A DNA stretch of 64,000 bases from the NCBI RefSeq assembly GCF_036321535.1, contig NC_087436.1, positions 44,642,001 through 44,706,000 on the forward strand, read 5' to 3'. This stretch comes from Camelus dromedarius (taxonomy: Eukaryota). This document shows, one piece after another, positions 1-12,659 of this stretch; position 1 is the stretch's first letter; each line of letters begins with the position of its first letter. The notes under the pieces were generated by a model. That model did no database searches, was not told the origin of the DNA, and was given only the letters and a program-made list of their open reading frames with translations. Position numbers and translations under genes: made by a program.

Positions 1-3000
1 AATCAGAACTGGAAAGCGAAACCTGTACTTCCTGCATCGACTTTCCAGCACCCTGTTTGACAAAGCTTCAGAGCCAGATGACAATGGATAAAAGCATTTT
101 AAGGGCCCAGATTCAGTCTTACAGAGCAGTCAAAAGGGGTGAATTTGGGCCTGAAAGGTATTTAGCTGATAAACTACTGATTAAGCAGTCACACACGTTA
201 CTATCATTATGGGACACACTTTGCCTGCCAATCAAAAGGTAATTGTGCTGGTACTGTGAAGTAAGGCCAAACAGCAAATCAGTTCTTTATGGCATTAAAT
301 AATCGTTCACTGACATCACTTATTTCTGGTTCTCTTAACAAAGTTACAACATTTTCATTAAAAAATAATTTAGAACGTTCATTACTCTCAAGTCCTTCAC
401 ATTTTCTCTCATTGCTTCATAGTCATTAGAGATTATTCCTATATCCTTTCTGGTAGGGGTTCCAGCCAATTAGTGGTTACCGAGCAGACCTTGTCAGGAT
501 TCACACCATGGCACATAACAAAATGTTTTAGAAAGAGAGCTCAGTTCCATCTAGGTCAACATACAGCTGCTTCAGTGCTGCCCAGCAGGATGTGTCTGCC
601 ATCCTAATGCCTGTCTTCAACTCGCGGTTAGTGACAAGTGGTCATTTACTTGCTAAGACAAGCTCCATGCTCTTCTGCACTTCTCCGTCTGGCTTTATCT
701 TCTGGGAGACAGTCTACATATGGTTCATCACAGGTTGGCTCAAGGATGCAGAATTTGGTTTTTGTCTCTCTTCTCTGTGTCTTGTTCCTCTCAAAAAATT
801 AATTTGGCATTTGTTTTAGTTCTCTTCCATTTTATGATTTCTTTTGATTAAGATTTTCTCTAGTCTAGGTAGAAAAATACAGCATACCCATTAGGAAATA
901 TAAAAGCATTTGCCTGTTCTTCTAAATCACTTGTTTAGGAAGGAGACATTAAATGTGAAAGGCTTCAGTTTAGATAGTTTTATACATGTATATATTTTCA
1001 TCTACACACTATTACAAATTCTCAAAATGAAACATGTGGTCTCCCAAAGAACTTTCTCACCAAGGGAAAGCTGATTTTGGCAAAGAGCCTCCTTCATTGA
1101 CTTTCAGGGAATTTAGGTAGGTTTCTTAAGCAGACCCTGCCCTTCAGATTTAGTGCAAAAAGAGATCAATCTTCATAGATGTTCATTTTGAACGCATTTT
1201 TAGATACTTTAAGTGATCTCAAGCCTGTCGCTTTGTATCTTAAAATCTGCCCAATTACCTTGATAATTGGCAAAATGAAACACTAAAACTTACTGCTGAT
1301 GAAAGACAAGCGACCAATTAAGGTATCAAACATGGGGCGAAGCAGGCTTATTTTGCACTGCCAGCTCCTGTACATCTGAGACGCAATCTATGCTGCTCTG
1401 AACACGGGCTTAATTTGCCAAATGTTTTGCACCTTTATGTTAAGACCTGGGAAATATCTATCAATATCTTGGTTTTGCTGCTCACCAGAAATTTCAAGTT
1501 ATGTGTTTGGGGAAGTACAATAATGTTTTTTTATATATTTAATATGTGTGAGAGGTCAAAGTTTATAAATTACACGATTGCATTTTTACAAGTGTGTTGA
1601 ATCTTTAAAATTCTTTTTGAGTACTATTAAATGGACTTTCCATTTCTTGATAGTTGTTCTTTTGCTTCAAATTCTAGCCATTCATTAGCAAAGATAAGAT
1701 CATTTTTTTTTTCAGTATTCAGAGTCCTGTTGTCCTGAAAACAGCTGCTGTGAGACTGTTTAAAAGTCTTCAACTAGTTAAGAATATATACATTTATATA
1801 TAAATAGCTGTGTCATTCAAGTCTTTCCACTTATAATTTATATTCTTTGAGCTTCAACCAATGCCCAACTCTCAGCCAGTCCCTGAGGATAATATTTAGT
1901 TTGACTCAGAGTGGCCTAACATACTTATTGTCAGGTATATGTTTTGCTAATCAAATTTGCACTTCTAATCTAGAGGACTCAAGGGATGAATTCCTTACCC
2001 TCTATTTTACTTAGCTTACAACCCCGTGGGCAAGAACAATTTCCATTATCTGATTTTGTTCGTGATTAAGCTACAGCAGGAATAGTAAAAAGCAGAAAAG
2101 AAAATGCTCTTTTGCTAATGCATTTTAATACAGAGTTATGTTTAAAAGCCCCCCTTAAGAAATCATCATATTATGTGGATATTACCCATGGCATTCACAC
2201 TTTGTAAAAATTATTTACCCTATAGTTTTAATTTAAATATCTTGAATGTAATTGTTTTCTATTTTTAGCCATGGTTAAGTCAAACACATTTCTTCTTAAT
2301 TTGTGCATTCTTCACAATCATATGACTTTATTTCCTGATTTGAAAAAAAATATTAAACCATGTAAGATCCATCTATTTTAACTAATCTCATTTTGAGTTC
2401 TAATGTTCAAATTGATGTGGTCATGATCTAAAATATTTTAAAAACAATTTCAAGGAAATTATTATCTTTTTTGGCAGACACAGATTTCATGTCTACTGAA
2501 TTTCTGAACAAGTGAAAGATAATATCCATGTAAATCTGTTCCCTTTGCCAATGATAAAGTTAAGTGCTTCTAAGAATCTATCCCTACTCAAAATTTATAC
2601 AAGAATAACTGATTTTGCCTTTACATTTACTTATTCAATGTCTTTAAATATACCTACACTTTAGTGTATAGGAATATATTAATACTTATACAATCTGGAT
2701 TTCTACTCTAATTATTTCAGCTCTAGATAATTTATTTTATTTTATTTTTGCCCACATTGCTATGCTTTTATAATAGTTTTTTACAGCTGTTTTTCTTTTC
2801 TAATTTTTCATACTTCTCTAATTTTGACTTTTCTCCATTATTTTTTTTCTTTCTTGGCTCCTTTTTAAGTTCATTGAGTCATGCACTTGTGGGGTCCTCA
2901 GCAAATTCGAATACCTCTGCTGACTTGTAGATGTTCATTTTGGCTGTTAAAAAATGCACGCTCTTGCTCTAGGACAGATCATTTTTCTTTGATGACACTA

Positions 3001-4828
3001 AATAAGATCCAGCCAGACAACTCAGTTTATTTTTTCAGCTGTTCTTTCATAATAATTTTAATAAAAACTGTGAAATGATTCCAGTCCAAGGAGGCGGCTA
3101 ACCCGGGAAGAGAACAATAGTGTACCAAAAATGCTTTTGTGTGATTTCTCAGATGGGTCCTTCACCAAGAAGGGCTTTCATTTCAGCCAGAAGGACGATG
3201 AGAAAGCATGAGCGCTGTGTCTCTGAACTCCCTTTGGATAATACTTCTTGACATATGGAAAATGTTTCCTGAGTTATGAAAACTAGTATCAGGACAGAAT
3301 TTACTAAAAAGGCTCTGGCCACTGGGGTGGAAGAAGCATTAACACAATCCTTAAGTACAGTCTTTAAATCATAAGTATCCTACTAATGAAAGAAGTATAA
3401 TTATTTTAAATTTTCTGAGTTTCAAGAGACTGTAGACAAAAGAAAGCTATAATCATATACCTAATCATGTGCAATTTTAAAATTTCTAAAAAATCAAGTA
3501 CATGCACTGGATAATAAATGTAAATCTCTGTCTTGATATTTTTGTTTCTTTTTAAATGGAAAGAGTTTTAAACTTTGTTTTTATAAATGTAAAGTTTTAA
3601 TGTGATCATCTCATTAGGTAAAAACCTCTTTCCTATGTTTTCAGATGACGTCAAATGAAAAAATGTAATAACCATTTGAGTTGACATGTGCTGTACACTA
3701 GAGTCACTAAAATCAGACTTATTAACAAGATATCAGCTAGTAAATTATTTAAAATTCGTGAGGCTATATGTCAGAAATTCAAGGTAGCTGCCACTAGATA
3801 GTTGTCATGCCTTATTTACTCCCCAAAACTGTTCCTCCAGTCAAGAAATTTGACATGCTGGGAAATAAAACTAAATTCAAATTTATTTTCCAAGTTTTCA
3901 AATGCAGGTCTCATCACTCACTAAACTGTCTATAACAAATTTCATGCAGACTTCTTCCAAAATTATTGACAGTTAAATCCAAAGTGACTTCAGAATGACA
4001 GGCTCAAATATTGGGATATCTCCAAGATTGTCTTACTGAGGACGGCTTCAAGGAAGTGACAGTGTGGCTAAACCTTTAAATCCTTTTCAAGTATCAGAAC
4101 TTTTTTTTTTTTTTTTTGGTTTTTCTTTCTACTTTTATTTTTCTGGTTAATTTTAATTTAGTTTTCTCTATTTCCTAGTCAGCATCAATATTGAAAGCAT
4201 TTGCAAACATTAATTAGCAATGTCCAAGTTACTAGCTCTGGGTTTTCTCAGAATAATTCTGGAAATTTTTAGAATTTGTGGAATTTGGAAAAACTCTGTC
4301 TCCGACTATGGACAAAGTTCCGCAGGTGGTATAGTTGCCAGTAAAGTCTTCAATGAAAGTCATTTAAGTTACCTAAGAGACCAAAGGAGGAATACCAGCT
4401 CAGAAGGAATATTTCACCCTAAAATGTCCCCAAACTTTTCAATTCTTCTCAAATAGAAAGGGCAAGTCTACTCCATGCAATAGCTGGTTATAAACCAGGC
4501 AGGTTTTTTATGCGACTGTGGTAGGATTGAAACCCTGACCCCAAACCAAGGCAGCCCAACTCAGGATTTCATTGCTATGCCAACTTTCCATTCATGGTCC
4601 CTGAAGTAAAGGCTTAACACTCGATCATATCAATTTTATATTTCTTCTTGTTTAATACCTGTTTTCATCACTTATTTTACACACACACACATATATACAT
4701 ATATTTTTTACCTCTTCTTCCTTATACTCACATAAAGTATTTCAGCTTTAGTTCAAAGCCTCTTACTTCCTTCTCTCCTATACTTAGATAAGTTTTAAAT
4801 GTTCCTTTGACATTTGAAGTCTGTCTTC

Positions 4829-4870
4829 AGATAGATGACTGATAGATAGATGGACAGATAGATAGATGAT
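4829..4870 (+). repeat. Degenerate (GATA)n microsatellite
   Basis: AGATAGATGACTGATAGATAGATGGACAGATAGATAGATGAT. Confidence 0.8.
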
Positions 4871-6619
4871 ATTATCTTGTAACTTCTTAATGCTTCTCTC
4901 CACACTGCTAATAACTAAGCAAGGTTAGGCTACCTAGGTAAACAGCTTTTTAGCACGGGGTAGTACTTACTGTGATAGCGTGTGCTCTAAGGGGAAGAGC
5001 TGAGGATATGGAATAATAAAACTTTGTATTTGATTTCGACACTTGCTTGCTCTGTGACCTTAGTGATGTGATATAATCTATTAGAGATAAGCATTTTCTG
5101 TATGTAAGCGAGGATTAGTAGTTTCTGTTCTACATGTCTAACGGGGCCATTAGAACAAGTTAGAGCAGCAGTTTTCACACTAACTAGGGGAAGGATCAGG
5201 TATGTATGTATGTTTTTGTTCTGGTACATCGCAGACTACACTTTTGTAAAATACAGTTAATACTAAATACTAAAAAAAATTTTTTTAAAAGAAAGAAAAC
5301 TTAAAACATACAAAATACAAGTCACTTCTCTTTAATTGATAGATCTAACTGGCATAAAATTGCTCTGTTGATATCCATAAAAGTTTGTAAGCATTTACTC
5401 AGTTTTTGTACTTCTTTTATGAGGGTCTAAAAACAAACAGTTACGATTACTCTTTTGTGTTTTAACTATTCAGTATATAATCCATATGGTTATTTTCTTA
5501 AACAAGTCTGTGCTTGCCTTTTATTACTAAACAGGGCTTGTTTACTCCACAAATTTTTTATAAACATACACTACATAAAATAGTTTCAACTCCAAAGACT
5601 ATTAATAGGCTATTAATTTTATCTCTTATGCCAAATGAGTTCTTAAACTTAGCTATCATGCAAGTTATACATATGTAAAAGATTCAAAAAGAAACTAGGA
5701 AAATGATAAACGCTATCTGTAAATGAAACTCATAAACAATTAAACGTGTCTAAAATGATAAAGGGAAGATGTTGATTACTCTCCCTAAAATGTCAACTTT
5801 GTAAACTACCTTTATCTTCTACTTCTAGTTTCCTACAGAAGACTCCACTACACCTGGGTGTTTTCAACTAATATAATGATACGGGATGAAACTGAATCCA
5901 CTAGTTTTATTTAAGCCTCTGCATCTCAGTGTGAATCTGTAATCTGGATAATCCTTACATGCCAAGAGTTTTGGGGAGCATGTGAGTACCTTGTTACAAC
6001 GATATAAGCTGCTATGGGAGTGAAGTGAGACATTTTCATGGTGCTAACGGGAATCTAGGCAAAAGAACAATGCTGCTTCCTCAGGAAAATAAGCACGATG
6101 TGATAATAATAATATCCTAATGAGAGAATCCACGCCTTCAAGAAATTTTTGAAAAAATAGACATTTGGTAAAATACCACGTGATTTTATGAACCCAAGTG
6201 CTTACAACTAAGGTGGGTTAATATCTAGACCTGAGGGAGTGTGCTTGTCTCTATGAGTCTGTTTCGTGCAACCTTTAACCTACATTTATGCAGCTTATAC
6301 AGTCAACTAAAATAACGCACAAAATAATATATTTAAAACTTGAAATAACTCTTCCAGATTGAGTTTTGGGTTTTTTTTTTTCTTTTAGTATTTTAATAGT
6401 TTTAAACATGAGGGAGTTGAAGTCCTGAGAGGTCAGGTGCATAGCCTCAAGTCTCCAGCTCTCCGGTGACAGAGCACACTCGTGAGTCCATGTCTGTCTG
6501 TTGGAAGTAGCTTCCTTACACACTGTGCCACACTGGGTCCCAGGTACTTATAACACTGTCTTGTATTTATACAGCCAATTTCTTTAAAGTGTTCAGAGAA
6601 AATCTCTATCTGCTACTCT

Positions 6620-6775
6620 CTTTACCCTTTCTGTTAAGATTTCAAGCAGTTTGAGTTTTCTGTGAGGTAAGCAATGGAAACTAAAATTCAGCTTTGGAGA
6701 GATAATGATTTAGGTATGTAAAGTGATTTGTTCAAGGTCACAGAGCAGATCAAGAAGACAGGTAGAATGAAAACA
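6620..6775 (-). mobile_element. MIR SINE
   Basis: AAGTGATTTGTTCAAGGTCACAGAGC core (antisense). Confidence 0.6.
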
Positions 6776-7566
6776 CATTTTACACTTTTCCTGTTTTATA
6801 CTTTTTCATTGGCATATCTCTTACTAGTTCTTTTTCTCTCATAGAGGCTAAAATATTGCAAACAAATGAAGAGATTGTTTTTAAAGGATTTGTTATATAG
6901 CCTGCTGGGAAAGTTAAAACACATAAAAAGGTCAGGGAAATAAACACTCTTTTATACCATTTAAAAATCAAGGATAGAGATAGGTTTAAATTTATAGTGT
7001 TAGAGTATCTCCAGGACCACACACAATCTGCCATGCATTACACATAGCAGATTGTTAATCAACGTGCAGAATAAATTCATACATGAAGGGGTCTAGTAAT
7101 GAAAAAAGATATTTACATAAAATAAAATAAATTGTCATGTTTAAAAGTACCCACTCATTTGTTTGTGTGCAATACATAGCAGGCAATAAATTACTCTGAA
7201 CACAAGGCTCATTTCATGCTCTCAATGAGCTTATAGTCATGCCAGAGAGACACACAAGTAAAAAGCCAATTTATTCATAGAATATAAAGTGCTGGGACCT
7301 AGGTAAGCACAGGCCGCCTAATGGGAGGCTTGTAAGGTCCTGGAGGAAGCAAAGTCTGGTGGATGTTAGGCATCCCAGAAAGAGGTAAGCTTGTGTAGAG
7401 CCCTGAAAGAGAGCATAGGGGTAGTAATTAACGGTGCAGGGGACACAAAGTTTGAGAAATATTTATACCTCACAGAAACAAATGCATTAAGTTTTTTTGC
7501 ATTTTAATTAACTGAAAGTCTTGAAGAAAATTTTGGGAATTTTAGACTAAAGGTCTAAAGCTGTTA

Positions 7567-7979
7567 GAAGCTGTTCCATCTTTGGACATGGATTTGTGTA
7601 TAATGCGGTAACCCAGACTTCTGGCTCTGTGCTGAAGCAGGTCACTTTCACTCCCACTTTTTCTCCCTTTATATGCACACTTATTAATTGGATGTTAATC
7701 TACTTTTCTCTTCATTCAGAGAGAGCCTGGGCCACTAGCATCACTCCATGAATCAAAACCTTCAGCTGACTCACTAGACTTGCCAACTCATATCACCTGG
7801 AAAATGTCATGGAGCCAACTTCTTTTTATTAATGCAGGTCATTCTATAATGTATGAATATCAATAAAGTATATGAAGCGGAGATGTTGCTGAAAAAGAGA
7901 GGATAAACAATAGAATTGCTCTAACCACAAAAGTACAACGTTATCAAATAATTCTCACCAACCAACAAGCAAGACTCAA
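7567..7979 (+). repeat. Left arm of 413-bp inverted duplication (derived copy)
   Basis: Reverse complement of 10249-10661 with no indels and 4 substitutions by manual comparison (7578/10650, 7625/10603, 7684/10544, 7878/10350). Flanked by direct repeat GAATTTTAGA at 7537-7546 and 7980-7989. Confidence 0.97.
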
Positions 7980-8149
7980 GAATTTTAGAATAGGTGCAGT
8001 CTGAGGCGGATGTGGTGTGCTGGCATGCCTCCACAGTCCCCCTCTTCTTCTGGTGGCCATCCCCAAGTTTCTGAGCCCAAGTTTATTTATGTATTTATTT
8101 AGTCTTTCAAAGGTAGAGCTCAGGATACAACTTGATCCCACCAATGTGA

Positions 8150-8535
8150 ACTTGTATAAGATTGGAAAAACAGAACTGAAGGATTATATTCCCCTGGCTC
8201 CAGCTGGTGCTGCTAAAAGGCATGATCTTGGAGACACTGGGTATTTTTGCTTGAACGTTCGAGTGCCTAGTCATCAGCTCAGTGGGTGTCCAGGGACATT
8301 GGTAGCGGGGCAGGTAGAACTTCCTGAGCCCTGGAGAACTGTTATGACAGAGCCCTGGTGAACACGGCAGGTCTCCAGCAGCCTCCCTGTGCCCCGCCCT
8401 CCTGAGGAGTGGGCGTGGCTCCCTGACGTGGGAGTCTTTCCTATGGTCCTTGTGAAAATTCTCTGCCAGCATTGTAGCAACCCATTCCTGCACTAAATCT
8501 CTGTCTACTTTCAGTAGCTAGAATTCTTGTAGCAG
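8150..8535 (+). mobile_element. Ancient ERVL-type LTR (LTR33/LTR16-like)
   Basis: GC-richer block ending CCCATTCCTGCACTAAATCTCTGTCTACTTTCAGTAGCTAGA, similar to LTR33-type 3' ends. Confidence 0.55.
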
Positions 8536-9120
8536 AGCAGTCCAGATGCTTGGTCAAACACAGTTTTAGGAAATAAGAATTCACTGAATCGGTCACCATT
8601 CTATAGGTAATTTTGATTTATAAATTTTGATTGGTCTTGAACATACCACATTCTAAGCTATATATAGAAAACAAACTATGAGCTCCTTGTGGAAGGAATT
8701 TGTATTTTATTACCTCTGGTGTCCCTCATTTTATATGATGTCCAGCATGTAATGTAGCTGCTCAGGAAATGACTGCTGATTGGATAAACTAATCAAATAA
8801 TTTCATCCATCTATCCAACTTTATTTTTTTTATTTTAATTTTTTAAAAATATCATGTTAGGTGTAAGTTAATTATAGCTGAGATTATTTCGGTTTTTTTT
8901 CATATTCAAGTTAATAGTTTTTACCTTTAAAATTTCTTGGTGTTCTATGTGACAAATTGCCTAGTTAATTCTCTCATTTTAATTTTTGATGTATACACTA
9001 AACAACAATTTCTGCTGTATAAAAGGCAGCCATTCCAGCCAAACCATGAATAGATCTAAAGAAAGTTCAACAGAAGACTGAAAATACTGAGACACTTGCA
9101 TGTTAATTTATAAATAGTTG

Positions 9121-9203
9121 AGGGAAGGTACAGCTCAGTGGTAGAGCGCATACATGCACAAGGTCCTGGGTTCAATTCCCAGTACCTCCATTAAAAAAAA
9201 AAA
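9121..9203 (+). mobile_element. tRNA-derived SINE (camelid Vic-type)
   Basis: A box (AGCTCAGTGG), B box (GGTTCAATTCC), CAGTACCTCCA and A-tail. Confidence 0.9.
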
Positions 9204-10248
9204 GTATGACATTAAAATCATGCTTTCATGTGTTTAGATGCTCAGATATACATAGTTGAATTTGAGTTCCAAAAGCATTAGATAATTATTATAAGGTAAT
9301 TTCATCAGAATATTGGACAAAACTGATGACATTTTGTCTTTTCCAGTCCTCTTCATTGACACTATGAAGTAAAACTGTTTAAGAGGTACCAATTTTGTTA
9401 TTTTATAACAAGGAGACTTTACATCACCACTAGTCTGAGTAAAGGATCAACTACTCAGAACAGTGAGCCAAGATTATTTCTATTCATTTGTGATTATGAT
9501 TATATTATAAATAAAATGCAATATAAAGCCAGAATATAAAGCATCCAGGAGAGCACAGATTATGTTAGAATTACTATGGTATCATGGAGAAATGACAGGC
9601 ATGCAATTTTGTGCCAAAAACAAACCTCTGTTCATGACTCAAGGTATAAATATCAAACTAAAATCTGAATTACATCTGTAGATTCACTATCTGGGCTTCA
9701 ATCTCTTTTCTTTACTAACTTACTCCTAACCAAAGTCATATAAATAAAAGAAGACACTAGGCCTTCAGTGAGAGATGGGGCTAAAAAGAGCTCTGCCAAG
9801 AGCTATTTCTCTCTCCATAGCTCTCCCTTTATTTTCTACAAAAATCTCAACTGACACCCTGGCTGGTTTCAACATATTTTCCTGTGGGCATGTAACGAAC
9901 AGCAGCAGCAAAGCCAGCTCCCAGGTCAGCAGACTTCACATTTGCTCTACTGAGCAAGACAGACTCGAGAAACTAATAATCTCAGAGTCACAGCCAGTGA
10001 GCTGCTTTCATCTCATACCTAGGGAATCTAGGCTCATTACATGTTTGATAGGGAAAAATATGTTGATGGAAATACATGGGCACTTTAGGGTAAAGAAGCA
10101 TCAAGGGCAGTGATATGAAAGGACTTTCAAGAAACTTTCTGTCTCTCCATTCATTGACATTTCTGACAGCTTGAGACAATGAGAGCAGATGGTGATGTGG
10201 AGAATTGGGGTGCTCTGGGAGACCTCTTGAGGACTTGGGTACCACCGG

Positions 10249-10661
10249 TTGAGTCTTGCTTGTTGGTTGGTGAGAATTATTTGATAACGTTGTACTTTTG
10301 TGGTTAGAGCAATTCTATTGTTTATCCTCTCTTTTTCAGCAACATCTCCACTTCATATACTTTATTGATATTCATACATTATAGAATGACCTGCATTAAT
10401 AAAAAGAAGTTGGCTCCATGACATTTTCCAGGTGATATGAGTTGGCAAGTCTAGTGAGTCAGCTGAAGGTTTTGATTCATGGAGTGATGCTAGTGGCCCA
10501 GGCTCTCTCTGAATGAAGAGAAAAGTAGATTAACATCCAATTAGTAAGTGTGCATATAAAGGGAGAAAAAGTGGGAGTGAAAGTGACCTGCTTCAGCACA
10601 GAACCAGAAGTCTGGGTTACCGCATTATACACAAATCCATGTCCAAAGACGGAACAGCTTC
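10249..10661 (-). repeat. Right arm of 413-bp inverted duplication (probable donor copy)
   Basis: Reverse-complement match to 7567-7979. Its outer flank (CCTTTAGTC, 10661-10669) is also copied at 7545-7553. Confidence 0.97.
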
Positions 10662-12659
10662 CTTTAGTCAAATAAGGTATGAAGACATAGAGGCATAGCA
10701 GGTAAGGAAACAGATTCCAAAGCATCAACAGCTGTAATCGCTTGTCAAGTGACATCACACTATGGATTGTCAGTATGATAGTTCAGTGTCAGTACAATTA
10801 GTTGAAACGTGAAAAATGCCATTTACTTTGTCCACATGATGTCAAAATGTCTCTTTGTCAGTTTTTCATGAATTACTGCAAATGCCTTGTTAAACGATAG
10901 ACTTTCCAGGCTCTTTCATATAAATAACATTTTATAGGACTAAAAGTCTTGAAATTATTTCATCATTTTAAAAAAAGCAAGTATTTCTTGGTTCATAAAT
11001 ATTCATAGAAACATAATTATTTTGTCTTCCACTTAATGTTCAGTCTAAGATGAAAATGCACATGACTAAACCAAAAATATCTCCTGCCAGTCTTTAATTT
11101 TAGTGTTTGCTATATGTTTCAACCATATACTAATACAAATTTAAGGTTTCTCTAGTAAGGCATCCATCTTATGGCAGATCCACCTGTTTGTCAGATGTTA
11201 TCATTTTATTTTCCTGATTCAGATGAAATGCTGTTCACGAGATTCAATTTCTAAAATAGCCTTTTTTTTCAAAAGGTTGGAACCATTTTTATATCTTGTG
11301 TCCACTGCACTGTGTGTTATTACACTCTATATACAATTTATATATGCATTTGTTAGGTGGAGTCCTGCAAAAGGAGGAAAAAAGAAAAAGCTTTAAATGG
11401 GCATTTTCAGGTCCATACTTTCCTTGGAAAGCAATATGGGGAGGGATACTAGACTCTTGGCGAGATTGCATTATGATGTAGTGACCCTGAAAATAGGGTC
11501 AGAAGGAGGTCTCCCTGCTAACTGGAAAACTAATCAATATAATTCAATATAAGGACTGGCACCCCCAAATCATATAACTTCTCTCCTTTTCTGTTCCTCT
11601 CCGCTATCAACCCTGAGACTCCAGCCCCCTCCGCCTCATGGTTATCCCCTCATTGCTCATACACTCATAGTCCTGCATGTAGGCAAATACTCACAAAAAA
11701 TTGTAAGAATCTTCTATCATTGGTTACGTGTATAAAAGCCAAGAACTTTAAGCTGAATGCATTTTCATATTCAACTTGTTTGAACTGAGATTTATCTGAA
11801 ATGAGATTTAATTTACTTAAAACAATAACTTGAGCATGGAGCTTTAGTTTCAGGTAAAATAAATGTGTAGAATTGTATTTTCTCCTAATAGATCTATTTT
11901 ATTGCTAATGCCAAAACCCAGTTATTTAGATTTGTAGGAGGTTATCAGACAAACTTCTCTGTGGACTGGGCTGCATTTGATTCAGATCAGGTACACTTAC
12001 TGAGAAGGAGAGCAAGACAAAGGGTAGAAGGTCACTGGTGACTAATTTTCTGAAAACTAGCAGCTTGTGTAAGTAATAGAACATTTATTGCCTTTCGATG
12101 TTGTCCCGGCAATGAGCTAGAAAATCCATAAGAATTCCCAGCCCTAGCCTTTATTAAGGCATAGCCCTGGATTAGTTTAATGTGCAATTTAAAGTCACTG
12201 CCTGCCAATACTTTGCTTACTTTTCTTAAGTAGGGCCACGTTCCACCCCGACTCCCCAATCAAGTTGTCAAAAAGATTAAAAAAAGAGAGAGGTGTACTT
12301 TTTAAAAATTGTTTGAGAGAGAGTCTTTTTCCAATCTAAGATGTGCATTTATTTTTTCTTATATAGTACCGATCCTGATAAAATGACCAACCCCCAGTGA
12401 AGCAGTTATTATTCACAGGAAATTCACAAACGCGGAACATGAGGCCTGTTCCCTTTGTACCCTTCTGCCACCGACTCAGGCCGACCAGGCCTTAATAGCC
12501 CAGTGCTTGTGAAACTGTTTTAGTATTTTAATATGTAATTCCAATAACAAAGTAACTTTTAAGACTCAAAGTGTTTTCCAAGTAGAAAAGTGTTAAATGT
12601 TTAGAAAAGAATGAGTCTTAATATTAACACTGTCAGATAAGTGGATAAGAAAGGAAACT

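Noticed and set aside
8017..8493. Overlapping 114-aa and 128-aa ORFs
   Set aside because: They fall in a GC-richer LTR remnant where stops are rare, and show no protein similarity.
9121..9190. tRNA gene (A and B boxes present; likewise at 13020, 32290, 37140)
   Set aside because: A-rich tails, TSDs and degenerate stems identify these as tRNA-derived SINEs.
7567..10661. DNA transposon with 413-bp terminal inverted repeats
   Set aside because: There is no TSD outside the pair of arms and no transposase in the spacer. The spacer holds ancient host repeats, and the direct repeat flanks the left arm alone.
11482..11501. TGACCC-N8-GGGTCA everted nuclear-receptor-like repeat
   Set aside because: Single short motif expected by chance in 64 kb, with no supporting context.
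12235..12250. GCCACGTTCCACCCC resembling an AmnSINE1 motif
   Set aside because: The match is too short and I could not extend it into the flanks.
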